In this document: piece by piece, positions 1-10,185 of the stretch
Numbering within the stretch: position 1 is the stretch's first letter
Layout: the number at the start of each line of letters is the position of its first letter
From: Patescibacteria group bacterium
GTDB lineage: Bacteria > Patescibacteriota > Patescibacteriia > Patescibacteriales > UBA12465
DNA: 64,000 bases
Direction of reading: 5' to 3'
NCBI GenBank assembly: GCA_041656935.1
Contig: JBBACQ010000003.1
Span: forward strand, 27,358 to 91,357
The notes under the pieces: generated by a model
Seen by the model: only the letters and a program-made list of their open reading frames with translations
What the model was told of the DNA's origin: nothing
The model's database searches: none
Translations under genes and position numbers: made by a program

Positions 1-3000
1 AGTTACACTCGCGCATTTCTAAGCAAATTTTTTCGTTAGTTTCTTGATCAATTGTGTAAGAATAACAAGCTAACCATTTTCCACAAACTCTATCCGGATC
101 AACCTTTAACAAGGTATTAGCGTCACAACTGGCCCCCGAACAAGTAGAATAATTTGTATAATTATAAGCATTAAAATTTAAAGGATTAATAATACCATTA
201 TTATAAGACCGCTCATTAAATAAAACACAACCTTTACTAAAATCGGCTCCTGAGCAAGAATCGGAATTTAAATTTTGTTTTAATTGATAATCAATCACTG
301 CTTCTCTAAGCTCAATTTGAGAATCAGGCTCTCCTATAAGAAATGTCCCGGAAGGTCTTTCATAAATAACCCAACAAGGATTATTATCCCCTGAATAAAA
401 AGACTTTTTATTATACCCACTTACATTTTTGCTAACCTTAACAAAATAACTAGAAGGAGCAACCGGAGATATAAGAGGATCTAAAAAAGTATTAGAAGAA
501 TCCAATTCATATATAGGATTAACACAAAATATTGTGGCATCTTGCTCTCCTTTAGTTTCCAAAATGTAAAGCTTATTATTTTTTATGTTTAAATTTTGTT
601 GATATTTAATATTTTGCGAACAAACAATTTCGTCATCATCAAGAGTGCAAGCACCGGTAATTTCTTCCCAAAAATCAAATATTTGACCATCACCATCTAA
701 ATCAAGGAAACTAGAATTTATAATAATATTAGAACCAAAAGAACTAACCGGATCAATATATTCTGTACAACCAGCTTGTTTTATCGGACAAAGTCCAGCC
801 CACTTAACTTTATTATCATCCTCAGTCGGTTGATCAATCGCCGAGCCTCCCCAACCAATTGTTTTTAAATTATCAACAGCACATAAATGATCAATATTAT
901 CTAAAGAGCAAGAAACATTAACAGCGCAATCACTATCAGTTACACATAAAATTCCTGTTCCTCCGCACCGATTAACCTTTTTCTTATACCAATTTAAAGC
1001 AGTTATTTCAGTTGTTCCCGAAACAATTTTTCCCGAACGCCATTGACAGACATTATCTCCGGGATCCTTAAAATAAATGGTGCCAGACTGACTACTGGAA
1101 TTCCAAGCGTCACAACCAAGCTCATTATTGGTACAGAGAAATCCATTAGTAGTAGTCGCCTTATTAGGATCATATTTCAAATAAGTATCTTGATAAACAT
1201 TTTCCACCAACATTTTTCCGAAAAGACTACAGCCCATATTAGCCGAGGAACAAGCCTTGCCAGTATCATAGACTACCGCCTGAAAAGAATAATTAGTCGG
1301 ATTATAAGAATTATAATTATTAGTTTTGACCATCATTTCACAACCGACGGCACTATCATCACAAATCTTAGAAAAATTAATTAAACTATGATTATTATTA
1401 AGACGATCACTATAATTTTGACAACCTAAATTGTAATTTTCAGTTTGTTGATTACCTAAAACATCAAATTTACAAATAGCGGGAACAGCCCAAGAATCCT
1501 TTATTAAATAATATCTATTACTAATTTCTAATAAAACAATATTAGCGATATAGACATTTCCTGAAGAATCAGAAATTTTGAAAACCAAATCTTCACCACT
1601 AATCACAGAATGATCTAAGTTTTCTAAATTAACCTGATAAAGGGTCCAGTCATCACTATCAGAAATTTGTACCCCCTGAACTTCTTGATCATCTTTATTC
1701 ACCGAACCAAACAAACTTTCCGCTGTTCCATCAGTAAAGTATATTGATAAATTTTCAGCTTGATTGCTTTTGGCTAAAAATTTAATTATATAGGAAGACC
1801 CCGTTTTAGCTAAATTACCAATATTATTTTGCATTTCATCTGTTAACAGAATTGAACTTCCCCCTTGACCTAAGGCTTCGGTGGTGCTAACCGAAACGTC
1901 TCCTGCCCAATCTTCTAAGCCATAATTAAAATCAAAGGAATCAACAATTCTAACACTATTACCGGAATTACCATTATACTCTCGACAACCATTAACACTG
2001 GCTGAGCAACCCTGTCCTTCCCCAGGGATAGATTTATACAAACAAGCTTTTTGAGTATTATCCCACCAACCACCATTTAGACAATGGTAACAAACATTTA
2101 AACCACTATCCCAAGAAGCTACTAACGGTTGTCCAGCTTGATTTAAGCTCAAACAACCAGAAGAGTCAGTATAGGCATAGTTAATATTCTTTTCAGTCAT
2201 CCGATAGGTTTTACAATTTGCTGAGCAAGAAATAGATTTGGAATAAAGAATATAGAAAATCTGACCAGCTTGATTATAGAACTCTCGACAATCAGAATTA
2301 TATCCAGGATCAGAAACTGGTTTATTATAAATATTTTGATCGCAGACAGTGCTTCCATTAATTTCATGTTGCCAAATATTAGCCGAAGAAGAAGTTAAAC
2401 TTCCAACGGTTAATTTAATATTTTTATTGGAACTACTAATGGCCTCTAAGCTATAAGATTTTAATTGATAACCACCACCACTAACACCTTCCCAAGAATA
2501 AAAATTTTCGCAAGTTCCTCCATCGGGCTTAATACAATGTTTTAAACTAGTGTAATATTCTTTACCCTCTCCACCAACAGCTAATTCATCTAAATTAGTA
2601 AATTCGGTACAACCAGATTGGCTAGCATTACAAGAAGTAGCCGAAGAAGGAATTAATTTTTCAATCGCTCTATTTTCAAATAAAGTATTTTTTTGTACAT
2701 AAACATCATAACCGACACATTGATTCGGACAATAATTCTTATCTAAAACCTTACCAGTAATTTTTAAATTATAAATCGAAGTAAAAGTTTCACAACCGAC
2801 TTCATCGTTATTACATAAACGAGCATATTTATAACACTCGCTCGGAGCATTAGTTTTTAACCTAAAATCAGTTGGAGAAACATAACAGATATTTTTTAAA
2901 TACTCCGGAATAATTTTTTCATAAATTAAACCATTGCCACGATACTCCGAATAGAAAGTCCCAACAGCTCCTTTTTCTAATTTTATATCATCGATATAAC

Positions 3001-5332
3001 AACTATTTCCATTAGGATTAATAGTAAAATTAACTTTATTAGAACCATAAATATCGGGGAAAGTATAGGTTAAGCTCTGATATTCAAAACCACCTGAATT
3101 ACTAATATTTTTAGGCAAGCTACCTCCTAAAGAGAAACTAGAAGTAGCCGTTCCCGAACAATAAGAATAAAAAGATAAGGTATAAGTTTCCCCACCGATA
3201 TTATAACTACTACTAGCAACTGTTATGTCCTCGGATAAAGAAGAAGAACTAGGAAGATATAAGGAAAGTTGACCAGTATAAAAATTAGTACTAGTAGAAT
3301 AAGAATCCCAACCACCAATACTCAAATCATCTTCAAAACTTCCATTTAATAAAAAATTATGGCCAACGCCTACGGCTGTTCTAATAAACTCTTGGCAACC
3401 CTCATCGTTAGCTGAACAAGATTGAATTTTATTGTTAAAATAATAAGAGCTGGAAATATCCCAAGTTACTTTTTTATTAAAAGAGTCATAGGTCAAGGGA
3501 ACAACATATTTTTTACAACCAACATTTTCCGCATCACAGCCTTCATAGTCAAGAGTGTTCTTTAATAAAGCTAATTTCTTACCGTTAGAAACACTAGTAA
3601 AATAATCGCAGGTATTATAAACTGGATCACAAGAATCTTCTGAAAAGTTCCAAATTCTTTTCTCTTCTAAACAATAACCATAATATTCACAGGTACCATC
3701 CGACCTCTCTTTAATACAGGATTGTTCGTCAGCACAATAATTATCAGACCGAGAAACAATAATCGGTTTAACACCAGTTTGTTGATAAATATCTTCGGCG
3801 ACATTAACCAATTGTTGACTAGCAATATGACCGCCGTATCCTTGACGTTTGCAATAATTTAAAGGCGCCTTTAGAACCCAATTAGGATCAATTAATCCTC
3901 GGCACCATAATGAATTTGAATCTTCCCCACCATAACCAGATTTAATAAAACCATCACTATAAGTTTCATAATCATCCTCGCTAGAAAAACAAGAAACAAA
4001 ATCCATTAAAGTATAGCGATAACCTTTATCAGTTGTTTTTTCTTCAGCTAAATTAAGAGCCTCTTCCCAACCCAAAGGGATAATACGAAACTTTCGTAAA
4101 ATAATTAAGGAACGATGATTAAACCCAGTGGTGTAATCAGAATATCTTTCTAAAGTCCAATCAGGATTTAAATAACCATTATCAATGGCCTCAATTACAG
4201 TATTTTTATTCTCAACTGCCTGTCGGAATTGATTATCAATAACACAATTATTCGGTCTCGGATTTTTAGGATCTAAACAAACAATTAAATCCGATAAAAT
4301 ATTATAATCAGCTCGAACGTTGAAGCGAGGTTTAATAACTTTTTTTAATGATTCTATTACATATTTCTGACCAGAGAATGAAGAGGGGTCAGAATCCGAA
4401 GAAGTATAATCTGGACCACCGTTGTCTGAAGAAGCATCCGGATCTTTTTTACCTAAATTTTTAACTATATTATTAAAAGCAGTTATTGCTAATTGATTTA
4501 AAAAAATATTAGAAGCGTCCACCAAAGCATTGCCAGTAAACTTTCCTAAATTTTGTACCAAGGCTGAGTCAGCTTGTTGTAATTCTCTCTCGGCCTGTCC
4601 GGGAGGAGTATCAGTTGTTCCACCAATATTTCTCAAATCTAACCAACCATTATTTATTTTTACCTGTTCTTCAATTTTTTCCTGTTCTTCATCCCCAATC
4701 TCGGCTGACCGACCAAAAAGTTCTAGAGCAATGGTAACATCATTGCCAGTTGGCTCAAACATATTGGCTACCTTGCTTAAATAGTCTGGACCGCTCATGC
4801 TAGCCCATTTTTCATATTCGTTCACCCAACTAGATTTTAATTCTTGCCAACCACACCTAGGAGCATAAAATTCTGGCTGGGAAAGAGCCACCAAACCTAA
4901 ACCCATTTTTACTTGAGTATCAAAACTAGGTTGACATAAATCAAATTGCCAATCTTTACTTAAGGTATCAATAAACTTACCAATTGCCGCATCTCTAGTT
5001 TTACTACCCAAATCGGTTAAATATTCTGTAGTAAATAATGGTTTTTGCCCCGCTTCACCACTACCAATCCAAGTAGCAACATCGAAAGCTAGAGTATTTA
5101 AGACCGATTGCAGAGTAGATTGAAAAGCCAAAGACCCAGCTTTTTTTAATTGGTCGGCCAAATCATCTTTGATATAATCAACAACTCCTCTAATAACACC
5201 AGTTGGTCCACCAATAACATCCGGGCCAGCCTGAACTTTGAAAGGATAAGATAGGGTTCCAAAAATAAAAGAGAAAATTAAAAAAAGAATTAAAATTTTC
5301 CCTTTATAAAAATTGAATTTAGGCTTATTCAT
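1..5332 (-). CDS. Giant secreted/cell-surface cysteine-rich protein, N-terminal >1777 aa; the gene continues beyond the window start
   Basis: Open minus-strand frame from ATG at 5332-5330 to position 1. I spot-translated three places: MNKPKFNFYKGKILILFLIFSFIFG at the start, SLEAISSSNKNIKLTVG near 2400, and CYSYTIDQETNEKICLEMRECN at 1-61. It has a hydrophobic N-terminal signal/anchor, is very Cys-rich, and contains NGSFEDD..GGW jelly-roll/CBM-like stretches. It is absent from the ORF track because there is no stop inside the window. Confidence 0.8.
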   Translation of the reverse strand, partial: MNKPKFNFYKGKILILFLIFSFIFGTLSYPFKVQAGPDVIGGPTGVIRGVVDYIKDDLADQLKKAGSLAFQSTLQSVLNTLAFDVATWIGSGEAGQKPLFTTEYLTDLGSKTRDAAIGKFIDTLSKDWQFDLCQPSFDTQVKMGLGLVALSQPEFYAPRCGWQELKSSWVNEYEKWASMSGPDYLSKVANMFEPTGNDVTIALELFGRSAEIGDEEQEKIEEQVKINNGWLDLRNIGGTTDTPPGQAERELQQADSALVQNLGKFTGNALVDASNIFLNQLAITAFNNIVKNLGKKDPDASSDNGGPDYTSSDSDPSSFSGQKYVIESLKKVIKPRFNVRADYNILSDLIVCLDPKNPRPNNCVIDNQFRQAVENKNTVIEAIDNGYLNPDWTLERYSDYTTGFNHRSLIILRKFRIIPLGWEEALNLAEEKTTDKGYRYTLMDFVSCFSSEDDYETYSDGFIKSGYGGEDSNSLWCRGLIDPNWVLKAPLNYCKRQGYGGHIASQQLVNVAEDIYQQTGVKPIIVSRSDNYCADEQSCIKERSDGTCEYYGYCLEEKRIWNFSEDSCDPVYNTCDYFTSVSNGKKLALLKNTLDYEGCDAENVGCKKYVVPLTYDSFNKKVTWDISSSYYFNNKIQSCSANDEGCQEFIRTAVGVGHNFLLNGSFEDDLSIGGWDSYSTSTNFYTGQLSLYLPSSSSLSEDITVASSSYNIGGETYTLSFYSYCSGTATSSFSLGGSLPKNISNSGGFEYQSLTYTFPDIYGSNKVNFTINPNGNSCYIDDIKLEKGAVGTFYSEYRGNGLIYEKIIPEYLKNICYVSPTDFRLKTNAPSECYKYARLCNNDEVGCETFTSIYNLKITGKVLDKNYCPNQCVGYDVYVQKNTLFENRAIEKLIPSSATSCNASQSGCTEFTNLDELAVGGEGKEYYTSLKHCIKPDGGTCENFYSWEGVSGGGYQLKSYSLEAISSSNKNIKLTVGSLTSSSANIWQHEINGSTVCDQNIYNKPVSDPGYNSDCREFYNQAGQIFYILYSKSISCSANCKTYRMTEKNINYAYTDSSGCLSLNQAGQPLVASWDSGLNVCYHCLNGGWWDNTQKACLYKSIPGEGQGCSASVNGCREYNGNSGNSVRIVDSFDFNYGLEDWAGDVSVSTTEALGQGGSSILLTDEMQNNIGNLAKTGSSYIIKFLAKSNQAENLSIYFTDGTAESLFGSVNKDDQEVQGVQISDSDDWTLYQVNLENLDHSVISGEDLVFKISDSSGNVYIANIVLLEISNRYYLIKDSWAVPAICKFDVLGNQQTENYNLGCQNYSDRLNNNHSLINFSKICDDSAVGCEMMVKTNNYNSYNPTNYSFQAVVYDTGKACSSANMGCSLFGKMLVENVYQDTYLKYDPNKATTTNGFLCTNNELGCDAWNSSSQSGTIYFKDPGDNVCQWRSGKIVSGTTEITALNWYKKKVNRCGGTGILCVTDSDCAVNVSCSLDNIDHLCAVDNLKTIGWGGSAIDQPTEDDNKVKWAGLCPIKQAGCTEYIDPVSSFGSNIIINSSFLDLDGDGQIFDFWEEITGACTLDDDEIVCSQNIKYQQNLNIKNNKLYILETKGEQDATIFCVNPIYELDSSNTFLDPLISPVAPSSYFVKVSKNVSGYNKKSFYSGDNNPCWVIYERPSGTFLIGEPDSQIELREAVIDYQLKQNLNSDSCSGADFSKGCVLFNERSYNNGIINPLNFNAYNYTNYSTCSGASCDANTLLKVDPDRVCGKWLACYSYTIDQETNEKICLEMRECN

Positions 5333-5361
5333 ATTTTATTATTTAATTTATTTGATAATTT

Positions 5362-6048
5362 TTAAAAACCCTCTAACGTTTCCTGATAAATTTTCATTAA
5401 ATCATCATCGCTCAATTGATCTAAATCATTTTGTGATAAACCGCCCTGCAATAACATTTCTCTAAGCATTTCTGGATTAATTTTATCGGCCTGAAGATCT
5501 TCTGAAAGATCAGTCTGATTTATTTGAGTTGAAGTGGTTCCTATTTCTGCTAATAAATTATATAAATCATCAGAACTTCCCGAAGAAACATTTTGCGAAT
5601 CTCCTTGATATAGGGAATCGGAACAATTTTGCCCCTCGGGACAAAGTGGATTAGTTCTATAAGTAAAAATTTCTTCGTAATCAGTTAGATCATCACCATC
5701 AGTATCTTCTAAATAAGGCGAGGTTCCATAAATAAATAATTCATCCCAATCTGAAATTCCATCACTATCAGTATCAACTAATTTTAATTCTAAATTACTC
5801 GAATTTAGATTTTCGTCTTTGTAACAACTCCCGTCGGTACAAATTTGCTGTTGGCTATTCCCGGCCAGAAGTCCCTTACTATAATCAAAAGGATTAGCCA
5901 AATTATGTTTAAAATTAAAAACCCAAATGATAACAACAAAAACACTAAAAAAAGACAAAATAATTACAGCCGTTTTTTGATTTTTTTCCATTTTTTTAGA
6001 GATACGGGATTTTCCAGAATCCTCATCTCGCCAACGGTTTTCTTCCAT
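5362..6048 (-). CDS. Membrane-anchored protein with Asp-rich thrombospondin-type-3-like (Ca-binding type) repeats
   Basis: TM helix AVIILSFFSVFVVIIWVF. Repeats DTDSDGISDWDE and DTDGDDLTDYEE. Lies directly upstream of the giant protein gene on the same strand. Confidence 0.6.
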   Translation of the reverse strand: MEENRWRDEDSGKSRISKKMEKNQKTAVIILSFFSVFVVIIWVFNFKHNLANPFDYSKGLLAGNSQQQICTDGSCYKDENLNSSNLELKLVDTDSDGISDWDELFIYGTSPYLEDTDGDDLTDYEEIFTYRTNPLCPEGQNCSDSLYQGDSQNVSSGSSDDLYNLLAEIGTTSTQINQTDLSEDLQADKINPEMLREMLLQGGLSQNDLDQLSDDDLMKIYQETLEGF

Positions 6049-6211
6049 ATAAAAATAGTTATAATCATTCTCCTGATTATTTTTTATTATACTAATATAT
6101 TATAATATTTTTTGTAAAAAAGCAAGGAAAATACCTAATTTTTAGACCCATAAATAAAACTAGCCCTTTGTTCATAAAAAAATATTAATTTTCCTTGAAT
6201 ATCTAAAGAAA

Positions 6212-7063
6212 TTATATAATTTTTTCCTTCTTAAATGACTGAAAAAGGTCGAGCCAATTATCTAAACTTAATTGCTCAGGCCTAATTTTAGGCTCTAAAT
6301 TATTTTTTCGGATAATCTCTTCAATTAAATCCACTTTTTTATTAAATCCAGTTGATAAATTATTTTTAAGCATTTTTCTTTTAGCGCTAAAAGCAACTCT
6401 TAACAACTTAAAAAAATTCTTCTCTGCTTGATAATCAGCTAATAATTTTTTATTAGGAATAATTTTAATAACAGCACTATCAACTTTCGGCGAAGGATAA
6501 AAATTTTCCTTTTTTACTTCAAACAACATTTCTACCTGAGAATAAAATTGGACTGATAAAGATAATAAACTCATTTTAGGTGGACGAGCAATTATTCTAT
6601 CAACAACTTCTTTTTGCAACATTAAAATCATCCGTTCCGGTTTATTAGCCAAGCTTAAAAATTTTCTTAAAAAAATAGAGGTGATATTATAAGGTAAATT
6701 AGAAACAATTTTGTAAGGACTTATTTTAGAAAAATTTTCTCCCTTAGCCTGCAAAATGTCTTTATTAAAAATTTTAATATTTTTAACTAGCTGACTTTTT
6801 ATTAAAATATCTAAAACTTGAACAATTTTGGGATCCACCTCAACAGCCAAAACTTTTTTAACTTTTTTAGCTAACTTAAAAGTTAAGAACCCCAATCCCG
6901 GCCCAACTTCTAAGACGGTATCTTCTGGCTGGAGGTCGGCGAATTGAATTATTTTATCATACACTTCTTCATTAATTAAAAAATTTTGCCCCTTTGTTTT
7001 TTGGGGCTTAATATTATACATTTTACACAAATCTAATGTTTGTTGAATAATATTTTCAGACAT
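6212..7063 (-). CDS. rsmA: 16S rRNA (adenine1518/1519-N6)-dimethyltransferase
   Basis: KGQNFLINEEV...VLEVGPGLGFLT SAM-binding motif; length is typical of KsgA/RsmA. Confidence 0.9.
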   Translation of the reverse strand: MSENIIQQTLDLCKMYNIKPQKTKGQNFLINEEVYDKIIQFADLQPEDTVLEVGPGLGFLTFKLAKKVKKVLAVEVDPKIVQVLDILIKSQLVKNIKIFNKDILQAKGENFSKISPYKIVSNLPYNITSIFLRKFLSLANKPERMILMLQKEVVDRIIARPPKMSLLSLSVQFYSQVEMLFEVKKENFYPSPKVDSAVIKIIPNKKLLADYQAEKNFFKLLRVAFSAKRKMLKNNLSTGFNKKVDLIEEIIRKNNLEPKIRPEQLSLDNWLDLFQSFKKEKII

Positions 7064-7118
7064 AATTATTTAATAAACTACTTTTTATGGCTTAGCATAG
7101 GAAATTAAACTTTTTGTT

Positions 7119-7291
7119 TGCCAGCTTTTCAAAATTTTAGGTTAGACATGAGTGTAAAAAGCGTGTAAAATTTAGCTGTTTGAGGATGAGCGGAGCTCAT
7201 CCGAGTTCTAAATTTTACTAGCTTTTATAACGAATGTTCTAAAATTTTGATCTGCTGGCGATTTTTGGGCCACTTTTTATAAAAAAGTGGC
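7119..7291 (-). repeat. Long palindromic MITE/REP-like element, copy 1 (about 150-nt imperfect hairpin bounded by TGCCAGC...GCTGGCGA, plus a terminal hairpin GCCACTTTTT/AAAAAGTGGC)
   Basis: Homologous in reverse complement to 9930-10109. Shared blocks include aaaaatcgccagc, tcaaaattt, tataaaa.ctag.aaaattt, ctcaaaca, aaattttacacg and gctggca. The apical hairpins differ in sequence but both still pair. Confidence 0.7.
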
Positions 7292-7400
7292 ATTAATAAA
7301 TACTTTCTCCAAATTCTTTTTAATGTCCACGAGAAAAAATAATAACAATTATCCTAAATCTATTAAAAATCCTGAACATCTTACTAATAAAAATATCACC

Positions 7401-7649
7401 TTATTTTTCCCTCTCCATGTCTATTGCTTTAACTGGGCATTCTTCGGCGCATAAACCACAACCCTTACAATAATCATAATTAATCTTAGCTTTTTTCTGA
7501 CCTTTTATTGTTGTTAATTCGGCGGCACTATCGGGACAAATTTTAGCACAAATCCCACAAGCAATACATTTTTCTAAATTTATTTTTGGTCGATGAGATC
7601 TCCATGAACCAGTTTTATTTTTAGAAGAAGTGTTTGGCTTTACATTCAT
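7401..7649 (-). CDS. porD: Pyruvate/2-oxoacid:ferredoxin oxidoreductase delta subunit (2x[4Fe-4S] ferredoxin)
   Basis: Two CxxCxxCxxxCP motifs (CIACGICAKICP, CKGCGLCAEECP). Adjacent to the gamma subunit gene. Confidence 0.85.
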   Translation of the reverse strand: MNVKPNTSSKNKTGSWRSHRPKINLEKCIACGICAKICPDSAAELTTIKGQKKAKINYDYCKGCGLCAEECPVKAIDMEREK

Positions 7650-7677
7650 ATTTTTAGATTTACTATTTATTCAAAAT

Positions 7678-8265
7678 TTAATTAACAGCACTTTTTTTAA
7701 TGGCTAAAATATTTTTAGCAATAATCTCTGGGCCTTTTTCAGAAAACTTTTCTTTAACCGCCTTAATACTACTCTCAACTTTTAATAATCCCGGAACCTT
7801 ACTTAAGGCCCCTAAAACTGAGGTATTCACCATATTTTTCCCAAAAATTTCCAAAGCAATTCGGGTAGCATCTATTAAAAAAATATTTTTTGTTTCTAAG
7901 CCAACTGGTAATTTGGTAACCTTTTTTATTTCTCTAAAAACCTCATCTAATTTGAGATTAGAATTTATAATTATTTGAGTATCGCCCTTAATACCTGAAA
8001 AAATATCAGCTTTTCCTAATAAAGAAAAATCTAAAATTATTAAAATATCAGGGTTATAAACATGTTCTCGGGTTAAAATTTCTTGGCTGGAAATTCTAAC
8101 AAAAGATTGAATCGGAGCTCCGCTTCTCTCTACTCCAAAATGAGGAAAGGCTTGAACAATTTTTCCATCATTAAAAAAAGCAATGGCTAAAATTTCAGCC
8201 ATAGCTACTACTCCTTGGCCTCCACGACCATGAATCCTAATTTCCTTATTGATTATTTTTTTCAT
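7678..8265 (-). CDS. porG: Pyruvate/2-oxoacid:ferredoxin oxidoreductase gamma subunit
   Basis: IRIHGRGGQGVVAMAEILA...HFGVERSGAP signature of the POR gamma family. Confidence 0.85.
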   Translation of the reverse strand: MKKIINKEIRIHGRGGQGVVAMAEILAIAFFNDGKIVQAFPHFGVERSGAPIQSFVRISSQEILTREHVYNPDILIILDFSLLGKADIFSGIKGDTQIIINSNLKLDEVFREIKKVTKLPVGLETKNIFLIDATRIALEIFGKNMVNTSVLGALSKVPGLLKVESSIKAVKEKFSEKGPEIIAKNILAIKKSAVN

Positions 8266-8304
8266 AATTTATTTAATATTTTTACTTTTAATTTTAAAAT
8301 AAAA

Positions 8305-9081
8305 CTAATTACTATTTTTTAAAGCTTTATCTAAAAATTCTGACCAAAAAGTAAAAGGAATAGCCCCTTCTCCTACTTTAACTCCATTTATAAACCAAGT
8401 TGGCGTTCCAGCAATTTGTAAAAAAACACCATCGCTTTTATCTTTGGCAATATTAGAAATATATTTTTTTTCATCTATACAATTATAAAACTCATCGGTT
8501 TCAACTATACCAACTTCTTCCACTAAAGCTCCAATTCCTAAATTATATAATTCATCTTGCCAGGCAAATAGCTTGTAAAACATTGGCCAATATTTATCCT
8601 GCTCTCCGGCACACCGAGCTACTAAAGCTAAATTTTCTGATTCCTCACTAATAACTGGAAAATCTCTAACAATTATTTTCACCTGCTCGCCATATTTAAT
8701 AGCTAAAGAGCTAATGATTGGTAGGCTTTCTTTACAAATCGGACAAGAAAAGTCAGAAAAAACTACAATAGTTAAAACTGGATTTTCAGCTCCTAGGAAA
8801 TAAGAATTAGTTCCTTCAACTATTTTAATATTAGCTGGATTATAATCAGAATAAACACTCTTAACTTCATCAGAAGATTTTAAAGACTTTCTAACCAAGG
8901 CCATCTCCACTGGATTACTAATTAAATGAATAATTAAAAAAATAAAAGAAAGACTCACTAACAAAAGAGAGGCTAATATTACCAATAACAAAACGCCCCA
9001 CCATTTTTTATGCCAACGAGCTGATAGCTTTTTACTCAATCCTTTAGCTCTTAAATATTTTATTCTTTCTTCTAAATTCAT
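8305..9081 (-). CDS. Membrane-anchored DsbA-family thiol:disulfide oxidoreductase
   Basis: N-terminal TM helix. Thioredoxin fold with a CPIC active site (VVFSDFSCPICKE). Confidence 0.8.
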   Translation of the reverse strand: MNLEERIKYLRAKGLSKKLSARWHKKWWGVLLLVILASLLLVSLSFIFLIIHLISNPVEMALVRKSLKSSDEVKSVYSDYNPANIKIVEGTNSYFLGAENPVLTIVVFSDFSCPICKESLPIISSLAIKYGEQVKIIVRDFPVISEESENLALVARCAGEQDKYWPMFYKLFAWQDELYNLGIGALVEEVGIVETDEFYNCIDEKKYISNIAKDKSDGVFLQIAGTPTWFINGVKVGEGAIPFTFWSEFLDKALKNSN

Positions 9082-9157
9082 TGATTAATTGTCTAATATA
9101 TTATATGATAATATTAGCATAAAAAGATGAAATATAAAAATAAAGGTTTAGAATCTT

Positions 9158-9922
9158 ATGAAAATTATATCTTGGAACATTAATGGAATCAGGGCGGTTG
9201 TTAAAAAGGGCTTTAAGGATTTTTTAGAAAAAGAAAGCCCTGATATTTTAGTTTTACAGGAAATTAAAATATCAGATGATAAAAAAAACAAGGAAGAATT
9301 TGATTTTAGTGATTATGAAGAATTTTGGAATTCAGCTCAACGACCTGGTTATAGCGGAACATTAATATTATATAAAAAAGAATTAAAAGTGCTAAAAAAA
9401 GAAAATGGTTTAAAAATTGATAAATTTGATAATGAGGGCCGAGTTCAAACCCTAGAATTAAAGGATTTTTACCTAATTAATACTTATTTCCCCAATTCTA
9501 ATCACGAGTTGAGCCGATTAGGCTACAAATTAGATTTTAATAATGAATTAGAAAAATACTTAAAAAAATTAGACAAAAAGAAACCAGTTATTTTAACTGG
9601 GGATCTAAATGTTGCCCATCAAGAAATTGATTTAGCTCGTCCCAAAGAGAATATTGGCAATCCCGGATTTACTTATGAAGAAAGAAATTGGCTAACTAAT
9701 TTTCTAAAAGATGATTTTATTGACACCTTTAGACATCTACATCCAAAAAAAATAAAATATTCTTGGTGGAGTTTTCGTTCTGGCGCCAGAATTAAAAACA
9801 TTGGCTGGAGAATTGATTATTTTTGTGTCTCAAAAAAATTAATAAAAAAAATAGAGCGGGCTGATATTTTAGACCAAATCACTGGTTCAGACCATGCTCC
9901 AATTGTTTTAGAGATAAAATAA
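9158..9922 (+). CDS. xth: Exodeoxyribonuclease III (AP endonuclease)
   Basis: MKIISWNINGIRA...LQEIK...GDLNVAH...GSDHAP motifs of the ExoIII/APE family. Confidence 0.9.
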   Translation: MKIISWNINGIRAVVKKGFKDFLEKESPDILVLQEIKISDDKKNKEEFDFSDYEEFWNSAQRPGYSGTLILYKKELKVLKKENGLKIDKFDNEGRVQTLELKDFYLINTYFPNSNHELSRLGYKLDFNNELEKYLKKLDKKKPVILTGDLNVAHQEIDLARPKENIGNPGFTYEERNWLTNFLKDDFIDTFRHLHPKKIKYSWWSFRSGARIKNIGWRIDYFCVSKKLIKKIERADILDQITGSDHAPIVLEIK

Positions 9923-9929
9923 TCTTTAT

Positions 9930-10109
9930 GCAACTTTTTTAGAAAAAGTTGCGCAAAAATCGCCAGCTATTCAAAATTTCAGGGCACTCGCTATAAAACC
10001 TAGCAAAATTTTAAACTCGCTCGTCACGCTTAGCGTGACTTCGCTCAAACAATAAAATTTTACACGGTTTTTACGCTCCTACCTATTCTGAAATTTTTCA
10101 AGGCTGGCA
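9930..10109 (+). repeat. Long palindromic MITE/REP-like element, copy 2 (hairpin GCAACTTTTT/AAAAAGTTGC, then CGCCAGC...GCTGGCA palindrome)
   Basis: Reverse-complement homolog of 7119-7291. The terminal hairpin shows a compensatory change (GCCAC/GTGGC versus GCAAC/GTTGC). Confidence 0.7.
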
Positions 10110-10185
10110 AATTAAAGAACCAAAATTCTTAAACGTTCGTAGAAAAAATAAAAAATTAATTTTAAAAATAAAAATAATAAAAAAT

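Noticed and set aside
1043-4784. Track ORFs 1043-1384(+) and 4530-4784(+)
   Set aside because: They lie antisense to the continuous giant minus-strand ORF. They have low-complexity, biased composition and no motifs.
9930-9952. Hairpin after xth as a simple intrinsic terminator
   Set aside because: It is not followed by a T-run, and it is part of the repeated palindromic element also found at 7269-7291.
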